From Phyllobates terribilis (taxonomy: Eukaryota): a DNA stretch of 64,000 bases. Below the pieces are notes generated by a model. The model had not been told where the DNA came from and did not search any database. It worked only from the letters and a program-made list of their open reading frames with translations. Positions within the stretch are counted from its first letter, which is position 1, and each line of letters begins with the position of its first letter. This document shows positions 12,925 through 23,549 of the stretch, piece after piece. The position numbers and the translations under genes are program-made. The stretch spans positions 369,210,001-369,274,000 of the forward strand of contig NW_027362769.1 of NCBI RefSeq assembly GCF_046119375.1, in the 5' to 3' direction.

Positions 12925-13615
12925 TCTACTACTATCACCAGCACTACCACTACTACTACTGCCACCACCACCACCACTACTACTACTATCCCTATCACTA
13001 CTACTACTACCACTACTACTACCACTACTAATACTACCATCACTACTATTGCCACCACCACCACTATAACTACTGCTACTATCCCTATCACTACAAATAC
13101 TACCATCAGTACTACTATCCCTACCACTACTAATACTACCATCACTGCTACTACAACTCCTCCCATCAGTACTACTACCCCTATCACTACAAACACTACC
13201 ATCACTACTATGACTATCACCAGTATTAATATCCCTACCACTACTACCATCACTACTATGACTATCACCAGTATTAATATCCCTACCACTACTACCATCA
13301 CTACTTATACTACTGTTACTACTACTGCTACCAGTACTGCTACCCTTCTCACTACTAAAACTACCATCATAGCTACTATCCCTACCACTACTTCTACCAT
13401 CACTACTAATACTACCATCAGTATTACTACTATTACTATCCCTACCATTACTAATACTACCATCACTGCTACTAGTACTACTATCCCTACCACTACTATA
13501 ACCCCTTCCACTACTACTACCACCAGTGCTACGATCCCTACTTCTACCATTATGACCAATACTACCATCACTACTAGTACCATTACTACTATCCCTACCA
13601 CTTCTACGCCGATTT
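12925..13615. repeat. Degenerate (ACT/ACC)n trinucleotide low-complexity tract
   Basis: Reads as poly-Thr on + and poly-Val on -; triplet phase is kept throughout. Confidence 0.9.
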
Positions 13616-15834
13616 GTACTTTCCCTAATTAACTCCAGTACCCCTTCTATAATGTAGATACATCACTAGTATTCCTGCCTTCAGATCTAGTACTTCATTA
13701 CTCCATTATTGTAACCCTTTCAGCCCATTATGCCATTACTTCTCCTATACTCCTCCTCTTATAATATTCCTAATTTGTCTGCATCTGATTATCATTCATG
13801 TGTAATAACCCCAATTTATACATTAGTACAGATAATGTCCCTTTAATATACCTAGTAATACCTGTACTCTTCCTCATCCTTTTCTATTACTCCGAATTCA
13901 TATATCTCCAGTGCTACTCCTAATGTATGTCACAGGCTAGGCTCTTTGTTTTTTTGTGTACTGATTCTTGCAGTCTTACTTTATATCATCAGAACCCTGT
14001 AAATGGTTAATTAGGTGATGTATATATATATATACAGTATGTACCGTTTTTACTGTGTACGATTTTGCATAACCAGCTGTCAGCCTTATCTTGCTCCTCG
14101 GCATTGCTGCCATGCTATTTGCTGAGTGGGTACGATAATTGCAGCATTCAGGGTGTTATTATGTAAATTCCCGGGTAAATATCTTATGAATCAGTAACAG
14201 TCATATCATTATTTCCTGCATTTACATGTCTATGTAGCTATATAGGAAGGAAGTTAGAAATCACATTACTGCAACAAACTTTAATAAATAAATAAAGTGA
14301 TATTCTTGGGAATTCTGGTAAGGGATAATTCCGGTGTTTTATTTAATTCATTGTGATAACTTCTCAGCAAATGTTCAAATTCCCTATAGCACCTCCACGG
14401 GGAAGATAAAGCATTGCAGTTTTCTTACCAAATCCTATGGAGTGTCCATGTATTGTACAGATGTGTCGGGTCCTCCAGTGTGAGAGTTGCTCTATGGTGA
14501 TGCTCTTTGCTCTGACTACTAGATGAGGGTCTTGAACTGGAGAACCCACCGCATAAACTCAACACCTTAATGTCATGAACTTTACAGTAGTCCGACTGCC
14601 TGGAAACTTAATAGATTTTAAGACAAATCTTTAAAGAGGTTGTCCAATATAAAATATCCTCTTCAAAAACCTATATCGAGCCTTGCCATGTGAGTTAGGA
14701 TAAGAAGCCAAACCAGAACCCCATTTGCAGAAATGTGTTTCGGGGTGTTTGCCCTCCACAGTGCAAAGCAGGAGATCTGATTTGGCTAGGTGAGAGGCCT
14801 CTGACTGGGGGTCTAAGAGGGAATGTTTCTCCTTACGGACAGTGCCTTACTCCGGCTTGGCACTCTACACAAGGAGAAACATTCCCCATGAAACCCCAAG
14901 AGGTTGTCCAAGAAATGTGAAAAATTGCCAGAAAGCCATTTCTGGACACCTGGTAAAATCCCTACTGTTCCAACACAACCAGTCCTGGGATCCTGTTGGT
15001 TTTCTTAGCTGTCCTGTCTTGATGCCATTCTGACTATCCTCACGAGACCAGTGCAACCAATCACTGGTCTCATCGGTGATGGTAGCATGGTCAGCACGTG
15101 ACCACCAGTGATAAACTGAAGTAGTAGTCGAAATATTATCACTGCAGGACAGCTAATAAAGTCCGGTCAAAACCACCGGAAAATCGGCGTTGGGCATTGG
15201 AGTGGCGGGTGATTGTTAGCTATTTTGTAATTTCAGGAAATTTGCTGCTTTCTGACAATTTTTAAAAAATCTTGGTGACCTCTTTATTCTAATAGAAGAA
15301 TATATTATTCCTATTGGCACTTAAATGCCGATTCAGTAAAACGTTTGCTTCATCACATCCTATCCCAACCCCAGCTCCACTTTGGCAGCTGACGTGAAAA
15401 CGTCAAAAATTGCAATTTTTGTGTCGCGCAAAAATTTTGCAATGTTTGAAGGTGTTTTACCCAAGTATTCTGGTGAAAGTATCTTGATGAGTCGTACCCT
15501 TAGTACCTGCACAATTCCTACATGTGCATACAATGGTGTTCTACAGAAAAGCATAAGGTGCAACTTTTTTACATATACTCTGCCCTGTCCCACCCAAATC
15601 ATACCATGTGCCATGTCCAGCTTTAGGCTTGTCCTTAGGAGTAGGAAAGACTGACAGGTACCTGAGATGCGCAACAATTTATCCTGGTGTTGATACAGAA
15701 TGTTTTTTGTTGATCCTCCCCAAAAAGGGTCTTTTACAATAAATTCTGTGTGATTTCATTGTTTTGGTTCTTTCTTTCTAATCTATTTATGGCATAATAT
15801 TTTATGTTTATTGTGTGTTTCGTTCTCATCAGAG

Positions 15835-15966
15835 ATGCTGCGTTTGGTGATTACACTCCTGGTCGCTTCGTGCACCGTCTCGGCATTAAAAATTGGTGCA
15901 TTTAACATTCAAGCTTTTGGGGACTCTAAAATAAATAATCCAGAAGTGTGCGCCATTATAATGAAG
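15835..15966 (+). CDS. DNase I-like coding exon 1
   Basis: MLRLVITLLVASCTVSALKIGAFNIQAFGDSKINNPEVCAIIMK; acceptor AG at 15831-15832 (implying an upstream non-coding exon); donor GTAAAT. Confidence 0.95.
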
Positions 15967-18900
15967 GTAAATGTTCTTCAACTATTTATACAAAATCTTT
16001 TCATGTAGAGTTGAGGATTTAACACTGAAAAAATGATTCAAAAAGATAAATATAAATTCTACTAAACTATATTCATGGGGAAAGACTTTAATGTGAAAAC
16101 AGGTTTCCAAGCTTCAGCAGATCAAGAAATTGCCTACATCTGTTTGGTCCTGTGTCTTTGCTTGTTGATGATTTCCCGTATCTTCTATGATTTCAGATAT
16201 TGCAGCGCTATGATATCGTTCTGATCCAGGAAGTCCGGGACGCGGACCTCAGTGCAGTTGGAACAATGATGACAGAACTGAATAGGTTAGACCTTTATTT
16301 AGTTTATTGCACCACTAGTCCTTCATATGAGTCCTATATCACCTGTCTCATGTCCAAAAAGGCCAAATTCCTAATGTTAAAGGTAACTTATCCCACGCGT
16401 TTCATTTTTCTGACTGTTCAGTGTCTACTAAAGCCAACGGCGTTCATGTCCTACTGAATGTGGACCACTAGGAAGCACAGCGGAGGCTGCAGTATTGCCT
16501 GTAAACTCCAAATGGGACATAAGTTAATATAAAAACCGCTGTAAAGGCTGATAATCGTACGCACGCTTGGTCCAAATCATTGACCCATCTATACATAGCA
16601 GCGATCACTGGAGTCAAACAAACGCTTGGTCCCAATCATTGACCCATCTAAACATGGCAGAGACCACCAGAATCGTACGAACGCTTGGTCCCGATCATTG
16701 ACCCGTCTAAACATGGCAGAGACCACCAGAATCGTACGAACGCTTGGTGACAATTATTGACCCATGTAACATGGCAGCGACCACCAGAATCGTACAAACG
16801 CTTGGTCCCGATCATTGACCCGTCTAAACATGGCATCGATCACCAGAATCGTACAAACACTTGGTGACAATTATTGACCCATGTAACATGGCAGCGACCA
16901 CCAGAATCGTACAAACGCTTGGTCTCGATCATTGACCCATCTAAACATGGCAGCGACCACCAGAATAGTATGGACGCTTGGTCCCGATCATTGACCCATC
17001 TAAACATGGCATCGACCACCGGAATCGCACGAACGCTTGGTCCCGATCATTGACCCGTCTAAACATGGCAGCGACCACCAGAATCATACAAAAGCTTGGT
17101 CTCGATCATTGACCCATCTAAACATGGCAGCGACCACTGGAATTGCATGAACGCTTGGTCCCAATCATTGACCCGTCTAAACATGCCAGCGACCACCGGA
17201 GTCGTACGAACGCTTGGTCCCGATCATTGACCCGTCTAAATATGGCATCGACTACCAGAATCGTACAAACACTTGGTGACAATTATTGACCAATGTAAAC
17301 ATGGCAGCGAACACCAGAATCGCACGAACGCTTGGTCCCGATCATTGACCCGTCTAAACATGGCAGCGACCAACAGAATCGTACAAACGCTTGGTCCCGA
17401 TCATTGACCCATCTAAACATGGCAGCGACCACTGGAATTGTATGAACGCTTGGTCCCAATCATTGACCCGTCTAAACATGGCAGCGACCACCAGAGTCAT
17501 ACAAACGCTTGGTCCCGATCATTGACCTGTCTAAACATGGCAGCGACCACGGGAGTCGTACGAACGCTTGCTCCCGATCACTGACCCGTCTAAACATGGC
17601 AGCGACCATTGGAATTGTTTGAACGATTGGTCCCAATCATTGACCCGTCTAAACATGGCAGCGACCACCGATTCATCGGCTAATCAGATTGTTCATTCTT
17701 GGTCTAAAAATGCATTACCCCATATAATCGGGAATATGCTACTGCCAACGATATGCAAAATCTACTTGGCCCAAACGATGGAATTAACGATCATTCATCA
17801 TTATCCGCTACCTGCCATCAAACCCAGGATACTGGTTCTGGCTTTAAACAAAATGATTCGATTCACTCACAGCGAGCAGAAATCTTAAATATGGTGGTAA
17901 CTGAAACACAAATATATAATCATATACAATATATTATTATTAATAAGTACAAACCTTTCTATCAATTTGCAGTCATTTTTCAGAACCGATCTACTCCTAT
18001 GTGGTCAGCGACACTCTCGGAAGAGACACTTATAAAGAGCGTTATCTGTTTGTCTACAGGTAAGATTCCTCAAACATAAATTATTTTGTGTATAAGCACA
18101 AAATCTGTCCCTGTATTATATGGACAGCCATTTATCAGAAATGCCGCCATGTAATACTATGTTTGACCAGCAGGGGAAATGCCTGGCACCGCAGATTCCC
18201 CCAGCAAAATCTGCTGCTTAGTGGGAATACCAGAAACAGGACCTGGGAGGATCAGCAGCTGATCACCCAAGTTGCAGCATTTTGAAAGAAGTGACAGCCC
18301 CTCTAAAATAAAATGTGATCATAAATCAGCTGAGAAGAGCTAAAAAAAAGTCAGGTAAAAAGATAAAGATTTTGTAATTCTTTTATCTGTTTTTGTTTTT
18401 TTTTTTCTGAGTACCTCTCTGTTGATTTATGGCCTCAACAAAGTTCAGTTTAGCTTTGATGTGGTCTATGGTCAAAAATCATCAGAGGTACTCAGAAAAA
18501 AAGACAGATAAAAGAGATTAAAAATCTTTATCTGTCTTTTTTTAGCTCCTCTCAGCTGATTTATGAGCACATCAAAGTTCAGCTCAACTTTTTTTGTGGC
18601 CATTGGTGATAAATCAGCACTAATGAGCTCAGAAAAAGAGAGATAAAATAGTTGGAAAGTGTCCATCAGAACCAGCTCACTGACGGATTCTCAGTTAACT
18701 CATTCTGCAGCTAGCAATGTGCATGAAAACAAAATTCTTGTAAAAGCCAAACCATGAAAATTTCTGAAAATGAAACCCAATTGCAAAAATTAGTCTAAAA
18801 TATATGCATTTAAGTAAAAAAAAAGACCTTTAATAATGATTTTTAACTTGGCACATGAACACATAATTCTAAAACAAAGTCTATACAGTTTCTTTGTTGC

Positions 18901-21900
18901 CTGATACTCTGTAGGCAGAAGTAACACAATCATAATCTGTGTCTAGTTTGGATTCTCTCTTGAAAGCATTTGACACATTTCTAAAAATTGTTTGACTCTC
19001 TAAATGCTGTTAGTGTAGAAACAATCTGAAACAATCTCCCTGCAGTAACTTTCTTGGTCGTGTTTTATTTTTATGAATATGTGATGTATCAAATTACTGG
19101 TTTATATCTCTGTATTATCTTTGAAACATTATTTGTGATATTGTTACAACTCTACAAAACAGATCCCAGTGTTTGAGCTGGCACACAGCCCAGAGCACAA
19201 TGATAAACTGGCACAGTCTGCCGGGCCTGGCACAGTGCCCGTGGTACTGTATTTATCTGTACAGTCAGCTGTAGGAGGTATGACTTGTAGCCGTAAAGAT
19301 GTGTTCCTACAGGCTTGTAACCATTGAAGCGAGACAGGGATATTGATAGGAAATGTGCGGTTAGTACCATCCCTATATATTAGGTGGCTCGCCTGTTGAG
19401 AAACTAATGAAAGGACATCCAGCTGTTGGGAAACTGTTGGGATCCCCAGAGATCATCTGTGTTGTGTGGGGAAATCTGGCTACAAATGTTCATTTTCCTT
19501 GCAGAAACCCTAAAGAAATAAAGCTTTGCACAGTGCCCATCGGTAACAATGGGCTACCTATATACTGCATGAACATGCCGAGTCACCTAGAGCAAGGGAC
19601 ACTCTTTGTAGCCATTCTCCACTATAAATTGGCTCTGCCACCAGATTTCACAAAACAAAAACTGTACACATTATTAAAGAGATATTTTAGACCTAATGAG
19701 GCTGGTGTAGTTATTTTGAAAATCCATGATATTAAGATGAGCATTTTATGAGACCAGCTAGAGTGAGAGCTCATGAGTCCAAGTGTATTCAGTCGCTGCC
19801 CCGTCCTATCTGACTTGACAGCTGCAGCTTGTACTGAGCAGTGTGAGCAACAGGGAAGAGGGGCACTGAGGAGCAGTCAATCAGGCTAAGTGTGTGGGGG
19901 GGGGGGTGTTAAACTTTCATAAAGGATTATATAGTCATTCTGATGTGTATTTTCACAGTATGTACAACAATCTCATCAGGTCTAAGAGCTATATAATAAT
20001 GTATGCAGATTTGTATTGTGAAATCAATGTACACTAAGCGCTACCTCACTTTTCATTTGGACAGAAACTTACATGACTTGTATTTCCCCAAACTTAACCC
20101 CCACAGGCATGAGAAAGTGAGTGTGCACGACAGCTACCATTACCACGACCACAACATGTACACTGGAGAAGACAGCTTCAGCAGGGAGCCATTTGTAGTC
20201 ACATTCCATGCTCCCGGAACAGGTCAGAACTATAGGACCATTATAATGATATTTTATGACAAATTTGTACCATGATTTCAACATCTATGCACCCCTGTTG
20301 TTGAGATTGGTGCAGGTCCCAGAGTTGGGACTCCCAACAATCAGCAACTTATCGATCCTGTGGATAAGTGAGAAGTCTTGGGGCACCCCCTTTAAGGATT
20401 AGGTCTCCCTAGAGCCCTTATGATGGTTAGCACATTATGGTGGATTATTCTATAGTATGACACTGATGATTTTTATTTCCAGTCATCCAGGATTTTGTCC
20501 TGGTTCCTTTGCACTCTGCACCTAAAGCTGCGGTTCAGGAGATCGATGCGCTATATGATGTCTATGTGGATGCATGTGAGAAATGCCAAAGTCAAGTAAG
20601 TTTTTTGTTGCATATGAGAGGCACGGCGGATGTACTGTGAAGGTTTATATACCTGTCGTGCGGAGATTTTACATGATGTTTTCTTCATCTCACTCCTGAA
20701 AAGTGCATCACATTTCTGTATCACTACAACCCCAATACAAAGATTTAGGGCAGAATATACAAATCTGACCACAAAGTATATGGGGTAAAATTGGTGCCAT
20801 TTTCAGCAATAAAGTAACTTGTACAAGCTCGATGTTCAGCTTTTTGGCAGTGGGAGTTGTAATACCAGACATAGTCTAGGGACAAGTGTGGCGCTGTTTC
20901 TGGGGAAAAATAAAATCACCTTTTTTTAAATTTCAGAAATCCTTTCAACCCCTTCTAAGACCGGGCAATTTTTTATTTTTACACATCTGTTTTTACCTCC
21001 CCAAGAGCCATAACTATATTATTTTTTCATCCACATAACTGTATGAGGGCTGTGTTTTTGCGTAATAAGTTGTAGTTTCCTTCTGAAAAACAGCAAAAAA
21101 ATTCCAAGTGTAGTGAAATGGCAAAAAAAAACAACAAGGTTCTGCTATTGTTTTGGGGTTTTATTCAGTTTTTTTTTTTTTACGGTCTTGATTGTGCTGT
21201 AAAAATGATTCTCCAGCTCAGTACAATTTTTGGTGATATCAAACATGTATATTTATTTTTTTATTTAAGTTGTGAAAAAAGAAAAGAAAAAAAATTTCGG
21301 TAATTTCTGAAACCCATAACTTTTTTTTTTTTTCTGTCAAAACTGTGTGATGGTTGTTTTTTTCGCTGACGGTTATATTGATATAATTTTGGAGTACATA
21401 CAATGTTATAATCGCTTTTTCTTGCATATTTTTAGGGCCGCAAAGCCACTAAAAAACCCGCAGCTCTGGAAGCCATCATTTTATCATTTTGATAGATAGA
21501 ACTTTTACGCCAGTGATGATACCACATACAGATTTTTTACATTTCTTAATTATTAGAGTTAATGGGATGATTCGAATTTTTATATTTTCTTTACCTTTTT
21601 TTCTCTGTTTTTAAAAACTTTTTTTTTTTTTTAATGTTTTCATTTATTTAATCCCCTTAGAGGACTTGAATCTGCTTCTATTGCAGTAGATAAAATAACT
21701 TTTCCCCCTAATGCCGAACCATATTTGTGCTGCACAGGGGGGACAAAAATAGCAGCATTGGCAACCCATTGGTCACGATAGTGGGGGCCAACGGGAGCCA
21801 GTGCATGTGTGCACCAACGATCGCGCTATTTAAATGCCGCGTACAGTTATTGAAAGCAGCATTTCAATAGTAAATCAGCAGCGATTAGAGCTAGCTCTGG

Positions 21901-23304
21901 TCGCTGCCGTTGCAGGATGATGCCGGCTATGTAACACAGCCTGCATCTCCTTGGCATGGTGCCGGCTCATCTCCTGGGACTATACTGTAAGCTGTCAGAG
22001 AGGGAGGGACCCCAACAGCACCAAGGGGTGGGACGCATGGAAGCAAAAAACGTATGTGAAAGGTATTTTATACTAGAAGCATTGCACGTAACTATTAATC
22101 AGCTGTTCACAGCATTTTGTAGGGAAATTATTCCCCTTTTAACTCTTCGTATTTTTATAGAACATTATCTTCTTGGGAGATTTCAATGCCGACTGCAGCT
22201 ACGTCTCACAATCTGACTGGGATGGCATCCGTATGTACAGCAGCGGGGACTTCACATGGCTCATAGCAGATGATGTCGACACCACTGTGGGAAAATCAGA
22301 CTGTGCATACGACAGGCAAGTGCTAAGCGGATGATTAAACCTACATAATAAATGGGATTTGAAGGGGCAATAAAGCACCATTATTTATAATTACCCCAGA
22401 TCAGTAGCTTGCTGCCATATTACCTAATTACCCTGGAAGTAAAGCTTGTTGGTGCCCCTCCCCCACTCTTCTCCTGATTTGGTGTCACTGCATTGTACCA
22501 CATTTACCCTGTGGTTCAGTATGAATAAAAATTAGTTGGAAAAACTTTATGGGGTCTCTTAAATGAGAAGTCATCTGCCACCAATTTTGGCATACTACTA
22601 AAGACTAGAATACACAGGACCCATTCATGAAATGTGGCTTTATTGCTCAGCGTTTTACTTTTACTGAGCAGTTTCCACGTGTCCGACATTAACGATCCGA
22701 GTGTGGACCGACATATACTTTATCACGTGAAGGCAACAACTTCATGAACAAATATGAAGGATGTTGAAGTCAAGTTAGGAGACCCACGTCCGGTCCAGAC
22801 ATCTTGGTCCGTAATTGGACCATAAACTTCTCATATGTGAAACCGACCTAAGAAATTAAAGCTGAGTTTTGATGCGAAAAACTTGGCACCTTGGCCGTAG
22901 AGACCGATCAGTTTGGATCAATGACACCATGTAGATGTTATATTATTGCTATTTATTATTATAGTGGCATTTATTTCATGGCGCTTTACATGTATTCATG
23001 TGTCTAAACGTTTCATTTCCTTTTTCAGAATTGTCATCACCGGTGCCGACCTCCATAACGCCATAGTGCCGGACTCAGCCACAGTTTTCAACTTTCAGGC
23101 AAAATATAAACTGACACAAGAGCAGGTAATAAAACAAACTAATATAATAAAATAAAGAATGGAGGACAGAGAATAATATTGCTGCAATGTGTCTGCATAT
23201 ATTAGACTATAGTTGTTAATATTGTATTATGTATCTGTACCTTTTTACAGGCTTTAGCAGTAAGTGACCATTACCCCGTAGAGTTGGAACTGATGTCTGC
23301 TTAA
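15835..23304 (+). CDS. Deoxyribonuclease I-family gene (DNASE1/DNASE1L2-like), 8 coding exons, 280 aa, secreted
   Basis: Exons 15835-15966, 16197-16285, 17973-18059, 20107-20222, 20483-20595, 22161-22315, 23029-23125 and 23251-23304 join in frame (843 nt). Signal peptide followed by LKIGAFNIQ; catalytic QEVRD, YKERY, PLHSAP, GDFNA, CAYDR and SDHYP all present. Exon sizes 89/116/113/155/97 match the DNase I gene structure. The paralog identity is unresolved, so no symbol is given. Confidence 0.96.
16197..16285 (+). CDS. DNase I-like coding exon 2
   Basis: ILQRYDIVLIQEVRDADLSAVGTMMTELN; tttcag acceptor, GTTAGA donor; 89 nt. Confidence 0.95.
16555..17670. repeat. 59-bp minisatellite, about 19 copies, in DNase intron 2
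   Basis: Unit ACGCTTGGTCCCGATCATTGACCCGTCTAAACATGGCAGCGACCACCAGAATCGTACAA repeated head to tail. Confidence 0.95.
17973..18059 (+). CDS. DNase I-like coding exon 3
   Basis: HFSEPIYSYVVSDTLGRDTYKERYLFVY; ttgcag acceptor, GTAAGA donor; 87 nt. Confidence 0.93.
18316..18569. repeat. Imperfect inverted repeat (about 105-bp arms) in DNase intron 3
   Basis: aaatcagctgagaagagctaaaaaaaag...ctgagtacctct pairs with agaggtactcag...ttttttagctcctctcagctgattt. Confidence 0.75.
20107..20222 (+). CDS. DNase I-like coding exon 4
   Basis: HEKVSVHDSYHYHDHNMYTGEDSFSREPFVVTFHAPGT; 116 nt, AG/GT. Confidence 0.95.
20483..20595 (+). CDS. DNase I-like coding exon 5 (catalytic His134 equivalent)
   Basis: IQDFVLVPLHSAPKAAVQEIDALYDVYVDACEKCQSQ; 113 nt; donor GTAAGT. 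Confidence 0.95.
20949..22064. mobile_element. Non-autonomous TTAA-type (piggyBac-like) DNA element in DNase intron 5
   Basis: Begins (T)CAA-CCCCTT and shares internal sequence (atgagggct...agttgtagttt) with the copy at 32016-32759. Right end is degenerate. Confidence 0.5.
22161..22315 (+). CDS. DNase I-like coding exon 6 (GC donor)
   Basis: NIIFLGDFNADCSYV...DTTVGKSDCAYD; 155 nt; donor AG|GCAAGT. Confidence 0.93.
22941..22994 (-). mobile_element. L2 LINE 3' tail fragment in DNase intron 6
   Basis: Reverse complement matches the tail of the L2 at 40005-40059 (catgtaaagcgccatg..ataaatg..ctataataataaat). Confidence 0.7.
23029..23125 (+). CDS. DNase I-like coding exon 7
   Basis: IVITGADLHNAIVPDSATVFNFQAKYKLTQEQ; 97 nt, AG/GT. 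Confidence 0.95.
23251..23304 (+). CDS. DNase I-like coding exon 8 (catalytic His252 equivalent, stop)
   Basis: ALAVSDHYPVELELMSA then TAA at 23302-23304. Confidence 0.95.
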   Translation, partial: ALAVSDHYPVELELMSA

Positions 23305-23549
23305 GCCCAGCATTGGTGACTAAAGGAACAGGACAACGTGACTCCCTACATGAAGATTCAATAGAACAGATGGATTTTTCTGTATCCACTGGAGGCCTAA
23401 AAATCCGACTTGTATTTATCTGCATGACTCCAGAAGAGACTTGAACCACCCCCTTGACTCTTTCCATTTAGGACACACTAAACTTTATTTTTTTCGTTCA
23501 GAAAGGGACATCATTAGTAAGCTATGACAATTAGGTCATCGGTTTAGAA

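Noticed and set aside
16555-17670. CRISPR-like regular repeats (also 35364-36426 and 51425-52925)
   Set aside because: Head-to-tail tandem units with no unique spacers, no cas genes, and located in eukaryotic introns.
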